From: Nymphaea colorata
Lineage: Eukaryota
Assembly (NCBI RefSeq): GCF_008831285.2
Contig: NC_045138.2
Span: forward strand, 11,656,001 to 11,720,000
Length of the DNA: 64,000 bases
Direction: 5' to 3'
A program made the translations under genes and the position numbers. Shown one piece after another: positions 12,712 to 25,100 of this stretch. Numbering within the stretch: position 1 is the first letter of the stretch; each line of letters opens with the position of its first letter. A model generated the notes under the pieces. It ran no database searches and was not told the origin of the DNA. It saw nothing but the letters and a program-made list of their open reading frames with translations.

Positions 12712-15700
12712 AGGCCAATCTCTAGAGAAATATGCCAAAATGTTGATGCATATAGCTAACCAAGTTTCTAAAATAAATATCAATTGAACTAAAAACAAAG
12801 AAATATGCCAAAAATCAATTTAACTAAAAATCAATGAAAAAAGAGATTAGCATTGGCGGATTGGTGGTCCAGTGGTGGTTTTCAGGCCAATTTCTAAAGA
12901 GAGGACCTTAATGCCTAGTGGTAACCAGAGGTGGTGGAGGTCATGCTGCTTGTGCAAGCCCTGCTAGGGAGGGTGAGTCAGTGTGCGGCTGTGGGTGGTC
13001 ACAAGCGAGTCGGGACTCAACGAGAGACAGGCAGGGACTAAGGGAGTTCAGCGAGAGGGGTGAGTCGCCGCCTAGAGGGACTAAGAAGGGAGTCCAACGT
13101 TTGGCAAAGAGGCAGTTGCAAGAGGCAAGGGCCGTTGGCATCTGGTAGAGAATCCGGCAGGACAGTCGGCATTTGGCAAGGAGGCAGCCCGAGGGGTGAG
13201 GGCGGCAACTGCAGAACAACAAGCAGGATAGGAGTAGGACGGTCAGCATCCAACATGGAGTCTAGTAGGCCACTAGGTGTCCAACAGGGAGATAGCGGCA
13301 AGGGGCAACAATGATGGTGATAGTAGACAGGCGATGCCACAACGGTAGGCGACAGCCATAGCACCACGGCAGCTTAAGCCTTTAAGGAATCAGGTAGAGG
13401 AATCAGGGGAGCGTGGCAGGCATCACAGTCGATCAGTGGCTATGGTAGGCATATTGAGGCAGCGGAGTCAATGGCGGTGGTGCTTCCATAATTCCTTTTT
13501 CTGAAAGCTGAAGAGAGAAACGTGTTGCCAATGGCAACGTGGTGCGGTCGGTCCTGCTGAGGATTGTCGGGAGGCGGCCCAAGCGTTATCGCTACCCACG
13601 GATCATGCTCAGCTAGGGGCAAGATGGATGAGACTCTGAGTTCTGCTGAGAGCTCTTCTTTCAGGCGCAGAGAAACGCAGATACTCAATGCAGTGATAGT
13701 GGGTAGAAATGGTGCAGAACGACCGTGGGAGAATGAGGGAAGGCAGGGGAGATGAAGGCGATGCGTATGGGATGAGTGTTGGAGGGATTTTCGGCAGTGT
13801 TGGGCCCGCAACCCAATGGAACAATAACCAAAATGGTTGCTATGCGTAACAGGCACAAGAGAGGAGAAGGTCAGTCGGGACAACGTTTATCCGTCGCCAG
13901 CGATCGCTTAGAACCACAGAGCGACTCACCTAGTGTCGCAGGGAGTCAGAGACACTCGAGCTCACCGGAGGTGCGCTGCAACGCCGGTGAACCGTGTGGC
14001 TATGCTTCCATCGTGTGAAGAAGGGGAAGAACCACATCCTCCTTCTCAAACGATGGATTTGAAAGTTGTTTGAAGGATAGGCAGAAGAAGAAGAAGAAGA
14101 AGATCATCGGCTATTTGATTCAATTCGCCGGCCTTTTGGTTGTCAGAAAACCACACCGAAGAAACTTCAGAGACTAGTATTACAAGTAGAATCAAAAGCA
14201 AAAGAGCTCATGTCTGTTTCCAACCTTTATCGTTAGACGGAGATGAAGGCGGGAGAGACGATCGTCGCTCGCTCGTGCGAGCGCAGGCGGGCGGCTGAAC
14301 ATAGATGGGTCGGTACACACGCAGATCGCCTACGTCTCACACGAAACCAGGGTCAGCGACCGACTCAATAAAAGCGGATTTCCCAAAATATCCGTGATCT
14401 GGCCCGAGTTACTAAAGTTCGGATCGGAATTTACAAAATCAGTGGGTTCAACCCACCTGTACAAATTCAGACCCGTGTCCAAACGCCCAATGCCAAGTCG
14501 TGTCCCACTGTAGTGTCCTTCTCCCTCAGCATGTTCCGTCATACCGAGTCCCATCATACCGAGGCACGTGTCCCGCCTTGCTCATCAGTCATCACTAGCC
14601 ACATCCCATGCGCATCCCCTTCTCGCGTTTGCCTCTAGCCGATGTGTCCCACATAAGTGTCCTGTTTCTCACCTTGAGTCCAGCCCTTCACGTGTCGCCT
14701 AGGTTGTGTCTCTTCATCTCCAACGTCTCCTGTACTGCATAAGGACATTGCAACGCGCTCGAAAACCTGGCCAGGTCCTCCTTTGGCTGTGCGCAAGGTT
14801 TAGCAGCCCTTGGCATCCTCGATCTGGGGCAGGAGTTAACCTCCCTAGGCAAATTTCTGCACCCTTAGCAGTCACCACGGCATGGCCCGCACCTTCGGTG
14901 CTTGACATCTCACGAATAGCCTCCCTTAGTGCAGGAATGCTTTTGTAGCTGATGGCCCTTGGCTGCGCCTGGCTGAGGTGTACAGCCTCCCTTGCATGTG
15001 GAAGGGCTCTGGAAGTAATAGGATGCAACAGGAAAACGATTCTGTGCGGCGCAAGGATGATTGTCCAAAACTCAGCCTGTTTCAGCAGCAACCCAGTAGT
15101 GGTCTCCCTTATTTCCAAACACATTGTGCGACACATTAGGGGTGTCGCCCTCCAGGTTCCCATCGCCACGCAAGGGTCCCAGCAAGGGCTTGCACGATTG
15201 CATTACCATAAGGATCCCTTGCTTTCCTCAGCAAGCCACATCGTCAGATGTTTCCACCTTCTATCCCCCTCCTCCTTTGTTTCAACTAGTGCGGGTTTTC
15301 TTCCTTCTGCTGTCATTGCAGCAATGATTTGTCTACTCGTCTGCTCCAAGGTGCCCCCTAAAATGGTTTTCAGAAATTGGGGGTACTCTGAAAAATTGCT
15401 CAGAGGGGTTATGCTCTCGGTGTGAGCGACCCAGATAGGTCGGTGGATGTGGGAACGTGAGAGGAACTCCATCCTCATGGGCAGCTTCTCCTGCCGAGTT
15501 CGATCCTCTATTTTGGCCTCACCTATTCCCGCAGCTAAATTTCTCTTGCAGGCTACAATCTCCAGACATGCTGCGCCAAGGTTCCACTTACGGCTGAAGC
15601 TGTCTGAGGGAGACGCCAGGGCTTGGTCTATAGTAGCTAAGGAACACGCTACCGGGGGTAAGTTTTCAAGTGGCAACGAATCTGGACAAGCCTTTACTTG

Positions 15701-16308
15701 AAGCAGGCTCTTCGGTTGACTGACACTGATCAAGAAGGGTCAACTTAGGTTACTCCGCTTGAGAAAAGCGTCAAAAACACAATCAAACTCTCTCAAGTTT
15801 TGGACATCTCATATGAGGATGCATTTAGAATTTTGCTAACTAACTGTTACATGGATTTTGATGGGATAGATCTATTTTTTATCCAAAGCACCAAAATGTC
15901 CCCAACTTGCACAATATTTTACTTTGATGCAAATAAAATTTCGAACTTTGTGTTCTGAACATTCAAAGTAACGTAAAAATGGGGTTTAAACCATAAAAAG
16001 TACAGCAAACGCATGAATTATGATGTCAAATATTACCATTTTCTGCATCATCACAGCCCTAATCGACAGAGGAGCCCTCATTGAGCCAATCCATCCGAGA
16101 GATACTTATTCAGAACTTCTGGGAGATACAAGCATGAGACACACTGTATTGAGAAGTACTACAAGCATGTGACACTCCCACAGCCAATCCGTATCGAGGT
16201 TGGAGCTGTAAATGAGAAAGATTGGAAAGATGTTGAGCAAAAGAAATGAGGGACTGCTTCCAAGTCAGCCTATTGTTCACCGTATGGGTTCAACCCTAAA
16301 TTGCCTAG

Positions 16309-16310
<2 letters not shown>

Positions 16311-16350
<40 letters not shown>

Positions 16351-16393
16351 TCTTCTTCTTCTTCTTCTTCTTTTTCTTCTTATTCTTCTTCTT
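16311..16393. repeat. Compound (CT)n(TTC)n microsatellite
   Basis: Directly visible. Confidence 0.9.
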
Positions 16394-18962
16394 CAACCAG
16401 CTGGCCAATTTTGTATAGAACATATGCAACAAAGATTCGTCAGCTAGGTCTCAAACTTGCAAGAAAAGATGCCTAGGAATCACCAATCATCTTTAGGTAG
16501 TGTTCAGTAGCTTCTATCTTATCATGTCCCTTTTTCAGCATTAACATAGTTCCTCCTTTAGCTTGTCATTTATATTTGGATAAGTATGTGTATGATGATT
16601 AATCTGCATTTTGGTTGGAATAGGTTACTCAGTTTGTTTTCGTTAGGACTTAGAGGCTTGAATCTAGAATTATCCCCTTTGGTCCATTTGTTTGCCTTCA
16701 TTCTACTATATTCTCTTGTTCTCCTTGTGCTTAATTGATTCGTTGCTAAGCCTAGAATTATTACATTAGCTTTGGTTACTAGAATTTAATTGTTGGAGTC
16801 AATTTGTTTAAGTAGGAGTAGGTATAGTTGTATACAAATAAGTTTTGCAATCTATTATAACTTTTCTCAGAAGTCTCACATCATCATTTTATTTAACTTG
16901 GGGAGCGGTCAAAAGGTGGGGTTAATATTTTGCATTTCAGTTTTTCACCAGTGGCTGTTTATTTTCTAATGATTTTTTGGATGACCTATTCTATATATTT
17001 GACAACAATCTACTGGGCGACATTTTTATTTTGATTTTTCATTTTAATTGTTTTAGTTCATTAAAAGTGAAGGAAATTTTTTTGTTGTTATTATGCAGTA
17101 TTGTCCTAGCTCTCTGGGTTAGTTCCAAGTATGATTTGACTTTTCTTAATTGTTTTAGATGTTCAGTTAGTTAGGACTTATTCATGTGTAGTCTACATTC
17201 TTTTCCCTATAAAACTTAATATAGAATTGCATACCTTATTTTATATACTGATCTTTGTAGTTTTTACTTGACTTTTGGTTATATATTTTATATTTTTGGT
17301 TTCTGTATTATGTTTTGAAAATGATGATCAAGGGTACATAATCAAGAGTAGATATTAGGGCCTTGTGAAATTTTGAAGATAATTGGTTTTCTGTTTTGCA
17401 GGTGCTGGAAATATTTGGACTTCAGATTTAATATTTGATTTATTTAGTACAGTGGAAGTTGATTTTTTCAGTTTAATTGCATCTGCAGGTGCGTAGGAAT
17501 GGTAGATTAGGTTTAAATTTTCGTTTTGGACGTGGTTCTTTGTTTTTTCTATTTTAAATATTTTTAAAATTTGTTTAGAAATCAATTTTTCTATATCCAT
17601 AAAAGAAATATAATTTAAAGTAGCTAAACTCTGCTCATATTTTAAGAAATGCTTTAATTTATTAATGTTTTCCAATGAAGCTAAAGGAAAGCAGGAAGAT
17701 TTAGGAAATGAAAATACTCAAATAAAGATGAGTTGTCCACCTCTAATAAAGTCAACATTTAAAAAACACAATTGGATAATTGCCTAAACACTTTGTTATG
17801 AACGTATTGGCATTTGCATTAAGGAGACCATTTGCTGTAACTTTTTCGGACATGTATACGGCAGTGATTTTTTATATTGTTGCTTACTTGTATATTTGTT
17901 GCATTATTTGGTTAATATTGTTATCTCAATCTTGCATTTGTAAATGTTAATATTGTTTAGCAATGAAAGGTTCACCTTATTGTAGAATTTTTAAACATAG
18001 GATATAAGTCAGGATTAACCCCCGTCCGTTTGAGTTGTTTTGAATATAATTGTGTGACTGTGTACATAATTTACGTTTTTTTGGAATGTAGACATAGTTT
18101 GTTAATAGTTCGCACGTTGGCATGTCTGTATGTTTTTGTAAAACTCGTCAGTAGTTATAGTTGACCCTAGACGGCTAGACACATTGTTTGCATGGAAGAT
18201 ACTGAACACAAGTTTATTACTTATTTTATTGAAGTGGTTAGATGCAACTTTGTTGTTTTTGTTATATACTTCTCATTTTAGTTGTTTATTTTCAACATTT
18301 TTATTATTTTTATTGATTATTGTAAATTCCAGTACTTTGATAGTGAATTTATGCTTTGATACCTCAAGATATATGGCTTGTCTCATGATGGACTCAACAC
18401 CTCACTTCAAAATGTGTTTAATGGAATTGTAAGAAAAATAATCCAGAATCATTAAAGTGCATGAACCGAAGAGAGTTTTAAAAACGTCAAAAGGGAGATG
18501 TCCTCGCTTATTCTCACATCACCAGAATCAAGTTAATCACTTATTTAGTTTAAAGAACAAAGACCGATTTGCAGCCACTACCATTTGACAACCAAAGCTC
18601 GACTGAAAGGCCCAAACCAACAAATATTCGGAAGGGCATGTGTCGTGGTTAACTGCTAACCTTCTGTGGTTTTACTTTTCCAATTTGTTAACGTCTTGCT
18701 TCTTTGTTCTTATATTCTGTTGAAAAACTTTTCCGAGCTAGAATGGAACGAGATTGGTGAGCCAATATCTGGTTGCAATTCTTGCAGCTCTTTGCTATAA
18801 AAGGAAAAAGGAAATAAGAGAGGAAGACAGCTGCGCTAAGTGTCTCAACAAATTCCCAGATTTCGCAGTTAAAACAGCTGTTCTTGAAGTTGCATCGTTC
18901 AGTTTAAACTCTTGATACATCTTTATAGCACCTTGAAACATGAACAAATGCAGTAGAAATTC

Positions 18963-19109
18963 TTAAATCAACAGCCTAAAAACAAACAATGGGCTATGCA
19001 GTGTGGTAAATGGTCCTACATGGTCCAGTGCTGGAAGGTACATGGATTCATGTGCCTCCTCACTAACTCCACTCTGTGCAGCATACTCCAACACCATTTC
19101 GTAGTCCAC
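18963..19109 (-). CDS. TOP6B: TOP6B last coding exon ([18 protein letters not shown]...[11 protein letters not shown])
   Basis: ttcag|GTG...ATT TAA; 147 nt. Confidence 0.93.
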   Translation of the reverse strand: MDYEMVLEYAAQSGVSEEAHESMYLPALDHVGPFTTLHSPLFVFRLLI

Positions 19110-22100
19110 CTGAACCATGAATTAAATGATAAATAACTGCATGTAAACTCCATGATATTATATGTCGAACAAGGAGAGATCTAATTGTTTGTATTTTTAC
19201 CTTCTCAACATGTTCACTTAACTTCTCTCTTAATGTAGCTTGTGAGATCTCCTTCATCAAAACTTTCTGGAGAATCTCCGCATCTTCATAGTCATAATGC
19301 TGCCGCTTTCCATCCATATTTTGTGATTGTTCCTCCTTGCCCCGTAGCCTTTTCCTATCCTGCTTTGCCTTTTCTGTTTGGTCAAGTTTCTGATCCTCAA
19401 CTCTGTCAGTTGCCATTCTCTCGAGCACCTCATATATTGCCCTAGACACATCAGGGATATACCTGCAGTATGGCAAGATCTCAGTACTGCTGTTAAGAAA
19501 GTCAGAAATACTGACTTAACTAGCAGACGAGAAAAAAAAAATGCACACACAAGAACAGGAAAGAAGCTATTGTCTGTGTTTCTGAAAGCATATACACAAC
19601 ATCAAATTTACAGAATTTTTTATTTTAAATTATGTATGATACCCAGAATGACTGCCCATCTGGAAGAGATACACATGAAAATCACAAGCAAGTTGATGAG
19701 ACATCATGAGTATCAAATTTGCAGGTGCATGCTCCCAGTTGCTAGGGGTCCAGGGACGTTGCACTAAAGAAATTGATAAAAAAAAGGTGGTTTTCCATGA
19801 GCCCAAAAAAGAAGAAATATCATGAATAGCAGTATAGCACTCAAAGACAATCACCATTACTGGACAAACTGAAGGCCCTGGCTGGACAGGTTTAGTCAGC
19901 AGGCAAGTTTTGATATACGATAAAAAATTTCAGATTGCATGGGCTGGTCAGTTTGGTAACTATTGCTAGGCAGCTAAGCAGGTGCATGCTCCCAGTTGCT
20001 AGGGGTCCAGGGACATTGCAATAAAGAAATTGATAAAAAAGGTGGTTTTCCATGAGTCCAAAAAAGAAGAAATATCATGAATAGCACTCAAAGACAATCA
20101 CCATTACTGGACAGATTGAAGGCCCTCGTTGGACAGGTTTAGTCAGCAGACAAGTTTTGATACACGATAAAAAATTTCAGATTGCTTGGGCTGGACAGTT
20201 TGGTAACTATTGCTAGGCAGTTAGCAGCTTTAACTGTACGCTGGTAAGAGAAAGCACCAGGTTAGCTTTATAGTCATGATTATTCTTATCAAATATACAA
20301 GAACAGGCTTTGCCAACACCAGCTTTATTGTCTCAAAAAACAAAGAAGAAAAAAATGCACAACCTATGCAGATCCAGATAACCCATAATACATGCTCCAA
20401 ACCACAATTTTACCACAACCATCAGGTTATTGAAACGAAAATGCCAACAACACTTGCCTGAACAAATTTCTCTTCCTTTCTTGCCGTTCACGAGCTTGGA
20501 TTTTCTTCACTATTTTGGATTTCAGCTGAAGGCAACATTGCTTGATGGAGGCCTACAAATTATAAAGTAGTGCCCAAGTTACATTGTGCAAAGCATAGTC
20601 AGTTATTTCAACTCAGGTTGGCATTTGACTAAAAGCCACCATTCTACATGCAACCTGTTCACAACCGGATCGCTGGCAAAGCAGCTGCGGATCGCCTGAC
20701 TCAGCAAGTCAGCTCAAATCGAATGGTATGGCCTTGGTTCTAGACTTAACTGACCAAAACCAGTCCACCGGTTTATCAATGGGTAATATCAGTTCTTTTG
20801 ATCAGGTTGATAGAAACAGGGTAATGTTCACATTAAAAGGAAAGCTTTCATGGTTTAGAACTTTAGGAAATAAAGTTTGCTTCTCCCATCACCATTTGAA
20901 TAGTGCAGCTTTTTGCGATTGTAGAGATACGAACAAGAAGAAGAGGAAGAGAAGCAATGATCACGATGTAACGTGGAAAACCCTCAACACGAGGGAGAAA
21001 AACCACGAATGAGGAGGAGTTGGTGCCCACTAGCAGCCAGACTCTCTCTCTCTTAAGATTATCATTAACACTTAAGGATTAGGGTTACATGACTTAAGTA
21101 GAGCCCAAAACGGGCTACAAGGCGGGTCGGGTATGGATCCGACCCGAAACCCACAATCTATCAACACTCCCCCTCAAGTTGGGCGTACATATCAAACATG
21201 CCCAACTTGGATACATTCCTCTCAAATGAAGTTGAAGGAAGAGCTTTCGTCAGAACATCAGCAGTTTGGTCTTCAGACTTCATGTAAGGTAAGATCAACT
21301 CTTTCGCATCAATCCTTTCCCGAATGAAGTGACGATCAATTTCAACATGTTTTGTTCTGTCGTGAAGTACAGGATTGTTGGCTAAGTTGATTGCAGACTT
21401 ATTATCACAATACATCTTCATAGGTCCTTCAATCTCTATTCCAATGTCAGTCAACAATATCTTCAACCATAATAACTCTAACACTCCCATAGCAACTGCC
21501 CTATATTCTGCCTCTGCACTGGATCTAGAGCAAACATCCTGTCTCTTGCTCCTCCATACAACAAGGTTTCCTCCCAAGTAGACACAGTACCCTGTAGTGG
21601 ATCGTCTGGTATCACCACAACCTGCCCAATCCGCATCAGAATAGCCCTCGATTTCCACAGTCTCTTGTTTCACATACAGGAGTCCCTTACCAGGATTTTT
21701 CTTCAGGTAGCATAGCACTCTGTCCACAGCCTTCAGATGTGCATCGGTTGGCGCATGCATGAATTGGCTCAAAACATTCACCGCAAAGGTGATATCAGGT
21801 CTCGTGAGGGTAAGATAAATTAGCTTCCCAACCAAATGTTGATATCTTCCCTTGTCTTCTTCACAGAGAGGCTCTCCATCTCTAAGACTCAACTTGTGCC
21901 CAGTGTCAAAAGGGGTAGGAGTAGGTCTACATCCCAATTTACCAGTTTCTTCCAGTAGGTCTAATGTATATTTCCTTTGGTTTAATACAAGACCAGTACT
22001 AGACCTAGCAACCTCCATACCAAGAAAATACCTTAGTTTTCCAAGATCTTTGAGGTCGAATTCTGTAGCCAGTAACCCTTTTAGCTTGATAATCTCCTCC

Positions 22101-25100
22101 TCATCATCTCCAGTAACAATCATGTCATCTACATAGACGAGCAGGAGAGTAACCTTGCTCTCCTTCTTCTTCACAAACAGAGTGTGATCTCCATTTCCTT
22201 GTTTGTATCCATGACGTATCATCACTCTTCTCAGTCGTTCAAACCACGCTCTGGGCGATTGCTTAAGGCCATACAATGCCTTTTTCAGCTTACAACACAT
22301 TTCTGGTTCTTCATATCCTGGAAGCATATGCATATATACTTCTTCTTCGAGGTCACCATTGAGGAATGCATTCTTAACATCCAGTTGATACATCTTCCAC
22401 TCCTTCATCACAGCTAGGGATATAACCACCCTCACAGTCTTCATTTTCGCAACAGGAGCAAAGGTTTCCAAGTAATCAATTCCATATTTCTGGCTAAACC
22501 CCTTGGCCACAAGTCGAGCTTTATATCTTTCAACACTCCCATCTGGTTTGTACTTGATGGTATACACCCATTTGGATCCAACTAGGTGAGCGGCTTCAGG
22601 AATCTTCACCACTTCCCATGTCAAGTTTCTTCTTAGGGCATCTATTTCTTCTTTCATTGCATCGGCCCACTTGGAGTCACTTTGAGCTTCAGCAACAGTC
22701 CTGGGAATCACAGCCAAAGAAAGAGTAGAAACAAAGCACTTGTAATCTTTCCCAAGTCTGGAATAAGAAACAAAATTACCAATGGGGTGTTGAGTACATG
22801 ACCTGACACCCTTTCTCAGGGCAATGGGAAGATCGTCATTCTTCTTTTCAACCTCGTCATGGGTCTCCACGGTCTCCTCGGTAGGACTTGGTTCATCCAG
22901 GGAAGGAGTGGCATTGGGATTGGAAGTAGATCTAGCATCACAAGTCATCACCTCTGTCCGAGTACCTCGTCTAGAGTAGAACTGTCCAAACAACTGAGGG
23001 CCTTCCTTCTCAATGCTATTGTCACCCCTTTCCTCCTTCTCAGGCACATCAACAGTATTAAGTGATTCTGTTTTCTTGTAGTCCAAAAAATCTATAAACT
23101 GAAGTTCCTGTCTCTGAGAATACTCTTCCCTGCCCACAGACTGCTCCCCCTGAAGAGGATTCGCACCAAAGTAAGAGGCATGTTCCAAGAAGGTAACATC
23201 CCTCGTAACATAAGCTCGACCAGTAATAGGATCAATACATTTGTATCCTTTTTGCGTAGGGGAGTATCCAACAAAGACACCTTTGATAGACCTAGGATCA
23301 AGTTTCTTGACATTTGGACTGTGATCATGGATAAAACATACACAACCAAAAACACGAGGAGGAAGAGGAAATGGTGGATGACTGCCAGGAAGCAACGAGT
23401 GGGGAGTCCTACCATTCAAAACACGACTGGGCATGCGGTTAATAAGATAGGCACTAGTAAGAACTGCATCACCCCAATAGTGTTTAGGAAGATTTCTCTG
23501 AAACAAAAGAGCCCTGGTGACATTAAGAAGTTGACGATTTTTCCTTTCAGCTACCCCATTTTGAGGGGGGGTGTAACTACAGGATGTCTCGTGAACAATC
23601 CCCCGTTGTCTAAGAAACTCCTCAACAGGCCGACACATGTACTCACGGGCATTATCGGACCTGAAAGTTTTAACATTCGCACCATACTGGGTATGCACAA
23701 GAAGAATAAATGTCTCGATGATTCGAGGAACCTCGCTGCGGTCTTTTAACAAGTATATAAATGTAGCACGAGAGAAATCATCAATGAAAGTGATAAAATA
23801 CTGGAAACCTTGACGGGTATGAATGCCCGAAGGTCCCCATACATCAGAGTGAATCAGAGAAAAAGCTTCATTAGCACAACTAGAAGAAATAGGGTACGAA
23901 GCCCTCACATGTTTGGCAAACTGACAAACATCACAAGAAATGGAAGACACATCAAAGGAGGAACACAAGTCTGGAAACAAATGTTTCAAAATCCCAAAAG
24001 GTAAATGCCCAAAACGTTCATGCCAGTACATAAAAGACTGAAGACAATCTTCTCTTCTCTTATCTGTCTTGCGGATCGCTGTCAACAGAGCAGTAGCCAC
24101 ACGTATGGGAAGACGATATAATCCATCAGAAGCTAAACCAATCCCAATCCTCTTCCCTGTCACCAAGTCCTGCAAAACACAACGATCGGCAGAGAATATA
24201 AGTTCACAATTCAATTCTTTAGTAAGTCTACTGACTGATAAGAGATTTAAAGGAAACTGGGGAACATGTAAAGCGCCCTGCACATGAAATTTGTCCAACA
24301 AGGACAGAGTGCCTTCGCCTGCCACACAGGTAGAGGAACCATCTGCAAGAGAAACACGTTCCCTTCCCGAGGACAACTTATACTCATGAAACAATTTTGG
24401 ATTACCTGTCATGTGATGAGTAGCACCACTATCGACAATCCATTCCCCCACAGAAGAGTTACCTTGATTGCCAATAGCTGCAAGAGCATGATTAGCTGTA
24501 GTTCCCTCTGAGGTCTCAGTCTTGTTGACATCGAGCCTGCCCAAATAAGCCCTTAGTTCACGAAGCTGGTCAGTAGAAATGGAGACTTTTTCTCCACTAG
24601 AGGCTTGCACCTCAGACACGGGCGGTCTCCCAGTCAAAGATCTCCCTCTGTTCCCCTTCTTTTCTGGATGAAGATCCCAGCAATAATCCACAGTGTGACC
24701 TGTCTTCTTGCAGTGAGTGCACCTGCGAAGAGACCTAGATGGGCCGCCAGGACCACGACTCACGAGAGCAGATCTCTCGTTATAGGGCACAAGTTCCCTC
24801 TTCCCTTCTTTTGTAACAAGCCTTCTCTGTTCTTCCGCTTCAACACAGGAGTACACATCTTCAATACTGGACACCTCCCCTGAATTCAAAATCTGACTTC
24901 GAACACCTTCAAACTCATCATTTAAACCTGCTAAAAATAGGAACACCCTGTTTTCCCATTCATGAGCAACATAGAGCGCCTGATCATGGGGACAATGCCA
25001 AGGAATATCAGAATGATAGTCAAGCTCTTCCCACTTGGCTTTCAAAGCCCCATAGTACTCTGCAACAGACGAGGTCCCTTGTCGAATGCCATAGACTGTC

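Noticed and set aside
12918..15733. Cluster of overlapping 70-176 aa ORFs on both strands
   Set aside because: Expected from GC-rich repeat DNA; no domain recognised.
16200..18900. Possible plus-strand spliced gene after the CT/TTC microsatellite
   Set aside because: A few TGCAG|GT sites exist but no coherent coding exon chain; may be a decayed TE, lncRNA or TOP6B 3' flank.
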